Assembly (NCBI GenBank): GCA_951406725.2
Contig: OX597821.1
Location: 25,978,001 to 26,042,000 of the forward strand
Direction of reading: 5' to 3'
DNA length: 64,000 nt
Source: Octopus vulgaris
Lineage: Eukaryota
In this document: positions 24,933 through 37,399 of the stretch, piece after piece
How the letters are laid out: every line of letters starts with the position of its first letter
Position numbering within the stretch: the stretch's first letter is position 1
Position numbers and translations under genes: made by a program
The notes under the pieces: generated by a model
Database searches by the model: none
Seen by the model: the letters and a program-made list of their open reading frames with translations, nothing else
What the model was told of the DNA's origin: nothing

Positions 24933-25153
24933 CCCTTTTGTTACCATATTTATTTTGAGATGCTCTGTGTTTCTTTCAATTATTTTAAATATAACAAAGA
25001 ATTTAGTAAAATAACTTATTTATCATTAAGCTAGTGTTAGGAACATAAATTGTGACTAAAGTTTGGTGGAAGATTTTAATTCAAAACTTATGAAAACAAG
25101 ACATTTGTACTACAGAGCCAGAGCCGGTTTCAGCCAGGTTGGTAACGAAAGGG
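24933..25153. mobile_element. piggyBac-type MITE 1, tandem second copy
   Basis: TTAA-flanked and near-identical to 24681-24901. Confidence 0.9.
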
Positions 25154-25448
25154 TTAAATCCTTGTCCTTAGTTTCACTTGTCATCCCTTCCATCAAGGTT
25201 ACATGTCAGTTTAACTTCATCTTTCATTTTGCAAACATCATCAGTAGAGCATAAACCTGGAGCCATGATATATCTCAATTAATCGTTTCATTCATAATAC
25301 AACTCACCTGGCAGTTGCACTGTGAATGCACCCTTCATCATTCAGTGTGCAACTCAAGTCTAATTCATTATTGTTAGCACATACATTGGCTTCTTTCAAT
25401 TACAATCTTCAATGAAAACATCAATATTGGTTTATTTCTATTTTCTAG

Positions 25449-25537
25449 GAACACCCTATTGTCCATCGACCATATTTCTACCTTCATCCCTGTCACACGT
25501 CTGATTTGATGAAGAATATTGAACTCAAAGACAAAAG
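25449..25537 (+). CDS. ATG10: ATG10 catalytic exon ([29 protein letters not shown])
   Basis: ttttctag acceptor, AAG|gtgagt donor, 89 bp. EHP...F.LHPC.T active-site motif of the ATG3/ATG10 E2-like family. Confidence 0.95.
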
Positions 25538-25635
25538 GTGAGTATATTATGACATCTAAAGACATGTATAGTGAAAAGCAGCAGCCCCTACTGCTACTGC
25601 TGCTGCTGTTGCTTGCCTGGATCAAATGAGTGCAT

Positions 25636-26024
25636 TACTTGTTTCAGTCATTTGACTGTGGCCATGCTGGAGCACCGCATTTAGTCGAGCAAATCAACCC
25701 CAGGACTTATTCTTTGTAAGCCTAGTACTTATTCTATGGGTCTCTTTTGCTGAACCGCTAAGTTACGGGGACGTAAACACACCAGCATCGGTTGTCAAGC
25801 GATGTTGGGGGGACAAACACAGACACACAAATGAATACATACACACACATACATATATATACATATATACGACAGGGTGCTTTCAGTTTCCATCTACCAA
25901 ATCCACTCAAGTCTTTGGTCGGCCTGAGGCTATAGTAGAAGACACTTGCACAAGGTGCCACACAGTTGGATTGAACCTGGAACCATGTGGTTGGTAAGCA
26001 AGCTACTTACCACACAGCCACTCC
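25636..26024 (-). mobile_element. SINE family A
   Basis: Near full-length copy. Confidence 0.88.
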
Positions 26025-26244
26025 TTTACAGCCAGATGCCCTTCCTGCCTCTTGCCCCCACCCCATCTGTTTCTGCCTATCAAACAGCAAAAAGTATGCA
26101 TGGAGAATAAAAAAACCTTTGTTTACAAAAGTTGTGCAACTTGTCAAGAAGTCCAGACATGCTTTTGCCATGGACTGCTTGCATACAGTACCATCCGCAT
26201 GAGCAGTGAACTATATGAAGATGAGGAGAAATATAGACTCACTT

Positions 26245-26293
<49 letters not shown>

Positions 26294-27239
26294 TATATAC
26301 ATGTATATCATCATCATTTAAGATTTGTTTTCCATGTTTGTATGGGTTGGATGGCCTGAGATGAGCTGGCAAGCTAGATGGCTGCACTTAGCTCCAATTA
26401 CCTGTTTTGGCATGATTTCTATGGTTGGATGACGTTCCTAACACCAACCACTTTACAGAGTGTACTGGGTGCTTTTTCTGTGGCACCAGCACCAGTAGGG
26501 TCACCAAATAGCTTGTAAAATAAAGCCCTCTCAGCTGAGATGTGGAGTGGAACCAAAGTAGGTGGTTCTGTACCAGGCAAGAGCTCAGAGTTTAACAGGG
26601 GGATATAGTTGTTTTATTCTAGAGGGGATACTTGCTACCCCAGTAGGACAAGTAATAACAGGAAGGGAAGAGCTAGAAAGAAAGCTGGAGAGACAGTCAG
26701 AGTGAGAGAGAGAGAGAAATAGATGGTGTTGGAGATGTATTGGGCTCTACCCACAGGGAACAGTGAGGTGGGGGTTTAAGTAGTTCAGAGGAGACAGGGG
26801 CATGTTCCATAAGAGTGTGAGGAGAGATGTTTATAGATGGTGATGGTGAGGGCATCTGGCTGTAAAGGAGTGGCTGTGTGGTAAGTAGCTTGCTTACCAA
26901 CCACATGGTTCCAGGTTCGGTCCCACTGGGTGGCACCTTGGGCAAGTGACTTCTGCTATAGCCTCGGGCCGACCAAATTGTAGCAAGTGATGGTGAGAGA
27001 AATTGGAGTGGCTGGGGATGGGGTAAGGAAGAATGGGAAGGCAAGGAGAGTGTGCAGATAGGCATGTGAGGGAGAGTAGAAGAGCCTGCAGCAGGTGGGG
27101 GGAGGGGGTATTAGGAAGATGGCTTGTGGAAGAATTTTGACAGAGGACAGATTACATGTGTGTGTGTGAGTGGGGAGGGCATGGCCATAAAGTACAGCCA
27201 CTATTTTACATAGCTTGATGTGTCTTCTCAAGCACAGCA

Positions 27240-28265
27240 AATTACCTGAAGTCTTGATCCCTTGCCATCTCCTCTGTGAGGCTCAACAGCTGAAGATCAT
27301 CTCTCACCACTTCATGCCATGTCTTTCTGGTCTGCACCTTCCATAGTTTCCCTCCACAATTAGAGGCTAGGACTGCTTTGTGCAGCTATCTTCATCCATA
27401 TGCATCACATGACCACACCTGCTCAGTTTTCTCTCTTGCACACAGCATCTGATGTCTCTTATACCCAATTTTACTCTTAAATCATTTACACTGTGTCATA
27501 CAGTCATACATGCACTGTAACATTACCATCTAGCAGAGCAGGCTGGCTTCATTTCTTACAAGCCTTTGCATGTCCTCTGTTGTCACAGCCTGTATTTCAT
27601 TACCATTTAGAAAAAGCAGTTTGTATACAGACATCATACAATCTGCCTTTCACTCTGAGAGAGAGAGGCCCATTGTTACCAACAAATGCAGTAGTTCTCT
27701 GAACTTTGCCCAGCCCATTCTTATTCTAGCAATTATGCTTTCAGAGCATCCTCCTCCACTGCTAACTTGGTCACTCAGGTAATTGAAACTATCTAGTACT
27801 TCTAAAGATTCCTCCTTGACATTTGAGGAAGTGTATTTTCTGTACATTCCTAGTGTTTATTGTACCTTCATATCTGCTACACAAAAATACTACTTTCTCC
27901 GTTAACCTTCTTCTGATACTGCTGCACCTCTTATTTGTCCTTAGCTTGACTAGGTACACCATATGGGATTTATTCCTACACCTTTTCTACATATCAAGAA
28001 GGGCTGTCTCTTTGAAGGGAATAGTAATGCTTTTCTACTTACCAAAATTTTGGTCTTTGCTAAAACTACCTCTAAGGCCTTCTGATTCCAGACCTTGCTT
28101 CCACATCTGAAATTTATTCTCTAATTCTGGTAGTGATTCAGCTATAAGAACAAGGCAATCAGCATAGAAGAGCTCCAAAGAACAACCAGTCTTAAATTCC
28201 TCCGTTATGGCCTGGAGGACTATGGGGACTAACACGAAGGGGCTCAGAACTTATCCTTGGTGATT
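27240..28265 (-). mobile_element. Older decayed PHD-RTE LINE
   Basis: IVLQAITEEFKTGCSLELFYADCLVLIAES, LEVLDSFNYLSDQVSSGGG and ARIRMGWAKFRELL. Confidence 0.85.
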
Positions 28266-29236
28266 TCCTCAGCCTTCTCTTGTTTATCACACACACACAC
28301 ACACACACACATTTATATATACACAATGAGTTTCATTCAGTTTCCATCTACTAAATCAATTCTCAGGGCTTTGTTAGACCTAGGACTATAGTAAAAGACA
28401 CTTTGCTAAGGTGTCATGCAGTGGGACTGAATTTCACATATGAATATTTCCTGAATATAAAACAGTTGTCTTTTACATCTGATATTTCACATACAACGAC
28501 ATAGCTGAAAATACAAAAGATTTCTAATTTAAGAAAGTCTCTCAACCGGAACCCATTGTTACAAAATGAATAAACAGAGTGAACTGGACAGCTACATCAA
28601 TCTCTGAGACAAAATGCTAAAAATCATCTTATAATCAACATGAAACATTAATGATATCAAAGAAGAGAATAAAATAGCTATTTCTTACACAAGATCAGGC
28701 CTGTAATTTTGGGGAGGAGTTAGCTTGTTAAATTCTTGTATCAGCTTTGGAAAGATGCAAAGCAGAACTATCTTTGATGGGTTTTAAACTCACAGGATGT
28801 AGGGCTCTAACTAATTAATACAGGAATTTTTGTCCAATGCCTTATGATTTTGCCAGTCCATCAATCTTAAGAGAATAAAATATTTATGATAAGTGTCGTC
28901 CCATCACTCAATATTTTAGGGGTCACTAAAAGTATGACAGTGGAAAAGAGAGATAAAACTTCCATCTGGATAGAATTTCAATTTCTTGAAATCAGCTTCA
29001 TATTTCTAATACTTGCCTTAATTGAAATATTATTGTAGAATAAAACAAAAACAAAAAACCTCTAGTAATGGATGTGAACTCATGTCTCTTGAGAAGCTAC
29101 AGAAGAATTCATAGAATGTAAATAATGTTGGGTAGTGAAAAGTCCAAAGTTCTGAGTTATTGTCCATCAAAGGTGTTGTTACCAATTGGCCAGCAATACC
29201 TTTGGCTTTCTGTAACCTCTGTTGATAGTAGGACCG

Positions 29237-30436
29237 TTAATCCTTTAGCATTTAACCAGCCATGTCAGGCCCCAATATTCTACCTGTTGTACGTCCAAAC
29301 CAACCAGTTCTGGCCTCTCACACCTGCCTTAGAATGTCATTCTGAAAATAAACTATCACATCATTGAAATTTCAAAGCTACAAGATAATGCATGATTAAT
29401 TCAAAACAATGTGAATCAGCCATGCTACATGGCAGTGAAACATGGGCCGTGACTGCTGAGGATATGCGTAAGCTCGCAAGAAATGAAGCCAGTATGCTCC
29501 GATGGATGTGTAATGTCAGTGTTCATACTCGACAGAGTGTAAGTACCTTGAGAGAGAAGTTGGACCTAAGAAGCATCAGTTGCTGTGTGCAAGAGAGACG
29601 TTTGCGCTGGTATGGCCATGTGGCGAGAATGGATGAAGATAGTTGTGTGAAAAAGTGCCACACCTTAGCTGTTGAGGGAACCTGTGGAAGAGGTAGACCC
29701 AGGAAAACCTGGGATGAGGTGGTGAAGCACGACCTTCGAACTTTAGGTCTCACCGAGGAAATGACTTCAGACCGAGCCCTTTGGAAGTATGCTGTGCATG
29801 AGAAGACCCGGCAGGACAAGTGAGACCATAACCCATGGCCTCAGTCCACTTATGCATACCTTTCCTTCTTGGGATACAAAACTCTACTTGTGAAGACCTG
29901 TTGAGGCAAGAGAAAATCAAAAAATCAAAAATCAAAATCGATCAACATGAATGGAAATTGTAACTGTGATACCAGTGCCGGTGGCACATAAAAGAACCAT
30001 CCGAATGTGGCCGTTGCCAGCGCTGCCCCGACTGGCTTCCATGCCGGTGGCACGTAAAAAGCACCATCCTATCGTGGCTGTTGCCAGCCTCGCCTAGTCT
30101 CCGTGCCGGTGGAACGTAAAAAGTACCATCCGATTGTGGCTGTTTGCTGGCCTCTGTGCCGGTGACACGTAAAAAGCACCATCCGACCGTGGCCATTTGC
30201 CAGCTTTGTCTGGCATCTATGCCGGTGGCATGTAAAAAGCACCCACTACACTCATGGAGTGGTTGGCGTTAGGAAGGGCATCCAGCCGTAGAAACATTGC
30301 CAGATCAGACTGGGCCTGGTGCAGCCTTCTGGCTTCCCAGACCCCAGTTGCACCATCCAACCCATGCCAGCATGGAAAGCGGACGCTAAACGATGATGAT
30401 GATGATGAATGTGAATAAATAAGCATTAAAGGGTTA
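29237..30436. mobile_element. piggyBac-type MITE 2 split by an RTE insertion
   Basis: ttaatcctttagcatt... start and ...gcattaaagggttaa end, homologous to 16555-16774. Confidence 0.75.
29417..30407 (+). mobile_element. 5'-truncated RTE LINE with 9-bp TSD
   Basis: Open C-terminal frame AMLHGSETWA...RRLRWYGHV...RGRPRKTW...QDK*, (GAT)n tail. TSD AATGTGAAT at 29408-29416 and 30408-30416. Confidence 0.93.
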
Positions 30437-31129
30437 AATATTAAACCTTTTCACTCTTCATGGCCAGCAAATATATTGATATTCTACTCTATGAATTCTA
30501 TTTTGGATTAATTGTTGCTGCTGATAAATCCATAAATTTCCCTACAATTTCAGACTGAAACTCTCTCCTCAAGCAGGTGGTTCATTACTTTATACATGCT
30601 ACCGTTTTATTATTTTCTATTAAATAAACAGACACAAGATGAAAAGAATGTAATTCCAGGAAACTTTGCAGTTTTACCTCCTTCCTACTCTCCCTTTTAA
30701 GATACATTTATGGATCAATGAAAGGAAGAAAAAAAAAACCTATTAAATGATCATAAAACTGAGACACATTTCATCCATCATCATCATCATCATCATCATC
30801 AACAATTCAGTCCTATTGACCAGATGTAGTTTAATACTTTCAACATATTACTTACTTGTCATGGAACTCTTATTAAAAAGAAAATTACGATACCTTGTTC
30901 TTTGCTAAAACAATATCTGCAACAGGTGGTGAATCACAGTATTGCCTATATACTGCATGTCTAACCATCCACTATATATCTCTACCATTCTCTTCATATA
31001 AGTAGGTATTGCTATTGATCATTTGATCATTTTTGTGCATCTAGATGTATATGTGTCTCTCAGTGTATCTTAGGATCTGCTATTCTCTAGGTATATTTGG
31101 GTATATTGTCATTAGTTAATAATTATCAG

Positions 31130-31362
31130 CTGATAATTAAGCTATACAACTGTCATTAAGTTATGATTACACTTTACAACTGTCATTAGCTGAATGATTG
31201 TACTATACTACCTTCATTAAGTAATAACTAGATCGTACAACTATCATTAAGTAATGACTGCACTGCACATCTTTCATTAAGTAATGATTACACTTTACAA
31301 CTGTCATTAGCTGAATGATTATATTATATTACTGTTATTAGTTGGTAACTACACTGTACTGC
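31130..31362. repeat. About 30-bp minisatellite (TACAACTGTCATTAAGTAATGATTACACTT-like)
   Basis: Roughly eight diverged tandem units. Confidence 0.8.
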
Positions 31363-31628
31363 TTTCAATGGGCGATAATGAAACATCAAGAGCATTGCTA
31401 ATATAAGTTTGTCATGGCAGAGAAATTCTCACTTGAGACAAAAGCTCAGAGTGCTGTCAATGGGACTGATGGATGCATGCATTTTGAACTCTTATTTCTC
31501 ATCAGTACCAGATACCAAAAGAGAAGTAACTCTGAGTCACTGGGAAGCAGAGCTTCTCTTACAAAGAAATCATTCAAAACTATCAACTGATGGAATGCAT
31601 CAGCTGCCAGATTGGAATAAATTTGTGG

Positions 31629-32312
31629 TGCTGGTATGGTCATGTGGCGAGAATGGATGAAGATAGTTGTGTGAAAAAGTGCCACACCCTAGCGGTTGAG
31701 GGAACCTGTGGAAGAGGTAGACCCAGGAAAACCTGAGAAAAGGTGGTGAAGCACGACCTTCGAACTTTAGGTCTTACCGAGGAAATGACTAGAGACTGAG
31801 ACCTTTGGAAGTATGCTGTGCGTGGGAAGACCCGGCAGGACAAGTGAGACCATAACCCATGGCCTCTACCTGGGATGTAGCCAGTCCACTTATGCATACT
31901 TTTCCTTCTTGGGACACAAAACTCTACTTGTGAAGACCTGTTGAGGCAAGTGAAAATCGAAATCGATCAATATCAATGGAAATTGTAGTTGTGATACCAG
32001 TGCCGGTGGCACGTAAGAGAACCATCCGAACATGGCCGTTGCCAGCGCCGCCCTGAATGGCATCCGTGCCAGTGGCACGTAAAAAGCACCATCCAATAGT
32101 GGCCGTTTGCCAGCCTTGTCTGGCACCTGTGCTGGTGGCACATAAAAAGCACCCACTACACTCACGGAGTGGTTGGCATTAGGAAGGGCATCCGGCCATA
32201 GAAACACTGCCAGATCAGACTGGGCCTGGCGCAGCCTTCTGGCTTCCCAGACCCCAGTTGAACCGCCCAACCCATGCTAGCATGGAAAGTGGACGTTAAC
32301 GATGATGATGAT
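31629..32312 (+). mobile_element. 5'-truncated RTE LINE
   Basis: High identity to 4215-4894 and 29605-30407, (GAT)n tail. Confidence 0.92.
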
Positions 32313-32564
32313 GTATGAAACAGCGACTGTGGGTAAGCAAATTTAATACATGTTCAGATGTTATGTGGACAATGGTGCTTTATACTTTTGTCTCTCAAGT
32401 GACAATTTTTTTCTCCATGGCAAACTGCAGTGAAAAGCCTTTCACTAATTCAAATATCTCTCAAACATATTTGAACTGGTTTTAAGGTTGTTTACTCTCA
32501 GTCATTGCTTCATGCATCTACTTACAAGTAGGTACTAACGTTTGTTTAATTATTGTTTTTGCAG

Positions 32565-32658
32565 GAATTACATCTTGTCATGGCTGAGTGCTGTTGGTCC
32601 AGTTGTTCGACTTGAGCTTCCACTTTCTTATGGTTTATCTTTCGATCCTTCTGACTGA
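32565..32658 (+). CDS. ATG10: ATG10 last coding exon (NYILSWLSAVGPVVRLELPLSYGLSFDPSD*)
   Basis: TACTAAC branch point at 32533-32539 and gtttttgcag acceptor. Phase fits the previous exon (AG|G = Arg). NYI.SWLS.VGPVV.L.LPLSY is the ATG10 C-terminal signature. TGA ends at 32658. Confidence 0.95.
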
Positions 32659-32781
32659 AAAGTCTTAAAAGAGAAGCATCGAAACAATTAATTTTCCTTA
32701 TTTTATTTAATTATTTCATTTATGAAATTTATTCTTGATCTCTGCTATTGTTTGATTTTATTTAAAACACTGAAATAAGTT

Positions 32782-33233
32782 TGATCAATTCCACTGTCAT
32801 TTGACAAGAATTTTTGTGCAAAAGTTGGTTTAATCACTCTTCATCAAATTCAACTGGATGGCCAGAACGAGGTACGTCTTTGAGGTCAAAATTTCCATTT
32901 CTGAACTTGGCATACCAATCATGAGCAGTTCTTTCAGCTATGGCACCCTCTCCATACACAGCACAAATATCATGAGCAGCTTTTGCGGCCTTAGAACCTT
33001 GATTAAAAGCAAAAAGGAGGTGTCGAAAATACTCGTTTTTCTTAACTTGACATTCCATTTTAATGATCTGAAAATAAACAAAAACTTACTAAAATTAACT
33101 AGAAAAAAAAATCAAAATACATTCCAAAATGATTCAAAAATAGAATTCTCGAAAAAAATAGATTCCAAAATTTAAAAACGCCATAAATTCCAAAATTTAA
33201 AAAAATGGCGGGAACTTAGTTGCCAACCCAATA
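32782..33233 (-). mobile_element. Mariner remnant: one TIR plus N-terminal HTH of the transposase
   Basis: TA|TTGGGTTGGCAACTAAGTTCCCGCC TIR. 33058-32834 encodes FRHLLFAFNQGSKAAKAAHDICAVYGEGAIAERTAHDWYAKFRNGNFDLKDVPRSGHP. Confidence 0.9.
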
Positions 33234-34824
33234 CATGTATTGTGTTGTTTTAGGTTTTCTTATTGTAATAGATGTATTGTACTGTTTATAAGCTTTCATA
33301 GAACATATAGTTTTAGATACTAATAAAGTAGTTTTAGGTACTTTATCCTTTGTTTTCTACATGCACCCATCAATTTCAATCTCAACAGAAAAAATGTTTA
33401 GACTTTTTCGCTACACATACCAAAATACCGTATGTCTCAAAGCAATTAAATTAAACAGCTTATATGGTAAAGTACAAATGTGTCAGCTTCTAGCTTCTTC
33501 AGTTTGAGGCTTCTTTTCAAATGACTTTGGTCATGGTGAAGCATATTCATGGATGTTGGCCCAGAAACAGCATGAAAAGGCCACATTTGAGTTACTCACT
33601 TGACTTTTTTGTAATATACACAACACATCCATGAAGCATGTTTGATACTAGGAAGACTAAGTTCTCAATGGAAAATTTCTATAATGTGAATTCAAACTTA
33701 AATAAACAACTTTTGCTTTATCAGAAAAAGAAAATGAATTGGTTTTATTGAAAATTATTTCTCTTTCTATAACTGTGAATAAGTGTCTTGTTTTATTTTT
33801 TGTTCTTCTTACTCTATCTCTGTCCTCTTGATTTATAATGAAAACAGTTACTTGGATAATGTAATTGACTCTCATCTACTGTTCAAACACTCCATGCCGA
33901 AGACACACAATAAGCAGAAACAGGCAGTCCATGGATGTGGAACTTTAGATAATATTAACAGTACAAACAATATAACATCTTTGAATCACAAACCGGTAAT
34001 GATACTTTTGAGAGATAAAAGAGGAAAATAAAAGAAATGAAATTATTTTAATATGCTTTCCTTCTACTTTTTGATCGTTGTCGACGTTGGCGGCGGTGAC
34101 GGCATCATCATCGTCATCATCATCATTGTTGTTGTCATCATTTTAATGTCTGTTTTCACATGCTTACTATTAGGCAGACAGAATTCATTGAAGTAGAGCT
34201 TCTTTACAGCTGGATGCCTTTCCTGCCACCAACCCTCACCTGCTTCCAAACAAGGTAATATTTACTAACGACTAGACATGTTCTTCACAGAAGATTGGAA
34301 CTGAACATGTCATTTACAAACATCACTTGATTCAAGACAAATGAATACGTGCACATGCATGCGTGCACACACACACACACACACACATGATGAGCTTCTT
34401 TCAGTTTCCACTTATCAAATGCACTCTCAAGACTGCTCAGTAGGATTAACACTTTAGTATTTAAACTGTCCAAATAAGCAGTCCAAATATTCTACCTGTT
34501 CTATGTTAAGACCTGCTAGATCTGGCTTCTCACATCTATCCTACAATGTCATTAAAAAAAAAACACACGATCACATCATCAAAATCTTGAAGCTATGAGA
34601 TAATGAATGATAAATTAAAAACAGTGTGAACAAATAAGCATTACATTTGGCAGAATAATCTGATAATGTGCTGGTGTATATCAAGCAACATAATTGTGGT
34701 TTTGTAGAGAGAGACAACAGGGTAATGCCATTAGTAGGAGAGGTTGGAAAGGTGAGAGGGAGAGATTTTGGGGGGATTTTCCTGAATTGTTTGGAATTTA
34801 AAACAAGGATTTCCGAGGGTCTCT

Positions 34825-35232
34825 TTTACACTTTTACTCTTTTACTTGTTTCAGTCATTTGACTGTGGCCATGCTGGAGCACCGCCTTTACTTGAGCAAA
34901 TCAACCCCAGGACTTATTCTTTGTAAGCCTAGTACTTATTCTATTGGTCTCTTTTGCCGAACTGCTAAGTTACGGGGACGTAAACACACCAGCATTGGTT
35001 GTCAAGTGATGTTGGGGGGACAAATACAGACAGACAAATATACACACACACACATATATATATATATACCTATATACGACGGGCTTCTTTCAGTTTCCAT
35101 CTACCAAATCCACTCACAAGGCTTTGGTTGGCCCGAGACTATAGTAGAAGACACTTGCCCAAGGTGCCATGCAGTGGGACTGAAACCGGAACCATGTGGT
35201 TGGTAAGCAAGCTACTTACCACAGAGCCACTC
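34825..35232 (-). mobile_element. SINE family A
   Basis: Full-length copy. Confidence 0.9.
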
Positions 35233-35404
35233 ATTACATTTATCTATTAAAATTTCACACTGCCTCAGCTTTTCATTTTTTGATTTTTTATTTTTTGTTT
35301 CTCAGTTGCTAATTGCTAATTTCTCAATTGTCACTTTTTCTACCTGTTCATTTCTACCTGTTCAACTTCTCTTAGCTTAGCATCCCTTGTTTCTCATAGT
35401 ACAT

Positions 35405-35838
35405 GGATCTTTATGGTTTGAACGGCAGTTTTTTCTAGCGGTGTCATATGAAATTGTCACCCATAATTATGACCCTAGTATCGATCTATTGCATTTCAAT
35501 CTGTTTTAGGGTTAGGGTTAGTTAGGGTTAGGATTAGGGGTGGGGGGAAGGGTATCTTTTTTTCTTCACAAATGTAAATAAACCCAATCTGTTTCTTAAA
35601 CGAGGGACATATTCATACGGCACAGAATGTTGTTTACCTCAATGGATGTCATTGATTGGTTGAAATTTCAGAAATTGAAGAAAAAAAAACAACAAATATC
35701 TTACAAACCCTAGCATTTTCTCAATAAAGCCAAGAGAAAAATATATTTTATAAACACATTCTACCAGTATACGAAGTTTAAAATTTTTTAGTTACCTAGA
35801 AATTATGTTAAAAACTGCCGTTCAAACCGAAAAGATCC
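35405..35838. mobile_element. GGATC-ended MITE with TTAGGG repeats, 8-bp TSD TAGTACAT
   Basis: About 28-bp TIRs and a perfect TSD. Confidence 0.92.
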
Positions 35839-36248
35839 TAGTACATTTCACTCTCCTCTTTTGCCCTCCCAACCTCTCCTAACAACATTACCCTGTTGTC
35901 TCTTTGTACTAGAATAAGCTGAACGCTAAAGAGTTAAACACTAAAACTATATGCTTGGGAAGCAAGCTTCTTAAGCACATAGCCATGCTTGCACCTCCCT
36001 TCTATGGAAAACAGATGAACAGATAATTAAACTGTTTATACGAATGTGTCAACCACTGCAGTGAGACATTTCTATTTGCACTGTGTTTGATATATTCATG
36101 GACATTGCTCTAGACACAGGAATGAGAAGCCGACACGTGTGCAACGCCATAACATATATTAAATTATTATTTTCTGTTTCTGCTATTGTAAGAGAATTTC
36201 ATTCATTGGACAATCCTGGAATATCAAAATCATTACCAATTTAGGCAA

Positions 36249-36570
36249 AGGCGTGACTGTGTGGTAAGAAGTTTACTTCCCAACCACATGGTTCAAGGTT
36301 CAGTCCCACTGTGTGGCACCTTGGGCAAGTGTCTTCTACTATAGCTTTGGGCCAACAAAAGTCTTGTGAGTGGATTTGGTAGACTGAAACCAAAAGAAGA
36401 CCATCATATGTGTATGTCTGTGTGTGTGTGTTTGTCCCCCATCACCACTTGACAACCGTTGTTGGTGTGTTTACATCCCTGTAATTTAGTGGTTTGGCAA
36501 CTGAAGCTCTTCAAGGTGGGGCCTCAACATGACTGCAGTCTAATGTCTGAAACAAGCAAAAGATAATAAA
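36249..36570 (+). mobile_element. SINE family A, diverged with internal deletion
   Basis: Homology to family A. Confidence 0.8.
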
Positions 36571-37399
36571 GTATTTTATGTTTGTTTCCCAAGCTTCCAT
36601 GAGTTGAACTGGTTATCATGCTCCGATTTAGTTCTTATTTGAAGTTACTGCATTTAGGATGTGTTGGAGGATGATGTCTCATTTGTACGTTCCATTTTTG
36701 ACATGGTTTCCGTGTCCAGATGTCGTTCCGAAATCAGCCACTTTGCAGAGTGTATTCGGTGCACTTTGTCATGGTACTAATTATAAGAAAGGTTGACTTG
36801 TCTTCTGTGAGATTAAGAAGTCCTCCTTAAGAAGCCTCAGTTGTTTACAAGGCAAACGTGATGGAGGGCGTAAATAGAAAGGGAGCGATGATCAAGGGTG
36901 TGAAAAAAGAGAGAGTACGAATATGAGTGTGATGTAGTAGGCGGGGGTGGAGGAATAGAATAATGGAATTGTAGGAGGGGTGGGGTGGGGGTGGGGAAAT
37001 ATGACAGACAGTGATAGCTACACATTGATTAGTTGTAAGATGTTGAATAGAAAAATAGCATGCGCAGATTGAAAGAATAGCAATAAAAATGTCGTGAAAA
37101 GATGGAGAGAGAGAGAGGGAGAGAATGAATGATAAATAACAATGGAGATGGGTGATAGCAAAAGTGGTAGGGGGGGAATAATGGCAGTGGATGCTGCTGC
37201 ACATTGGTTGTTGATAGTTTATAGGACGTTGACTAGAAAATCTTGCGTAAGCAGCCTGATGGGATAGCAATAAATGTCTCGTAGTTGGAATGAGCTGGGA
37301 ATGGATAGCAAGAGATGGATGATGGTGAGAGTGGTAGATATCAATGAAGAGTCAAATGAGAGAGGGAGAACGATGGTTAGCAGCAGCAGAGTGTGGATG

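Noticed and set aside
32834-33058. SETMAR-like host gene
   Set aside because: Only the mariner HTH next to its TIR, followed by a stop, with no SET or DDD domain.
35505-35550. True telomere or chromosome-fusion scar
   Set aside because: Only a few TTAGGG units, and they are internal to a multi-copy MITE.
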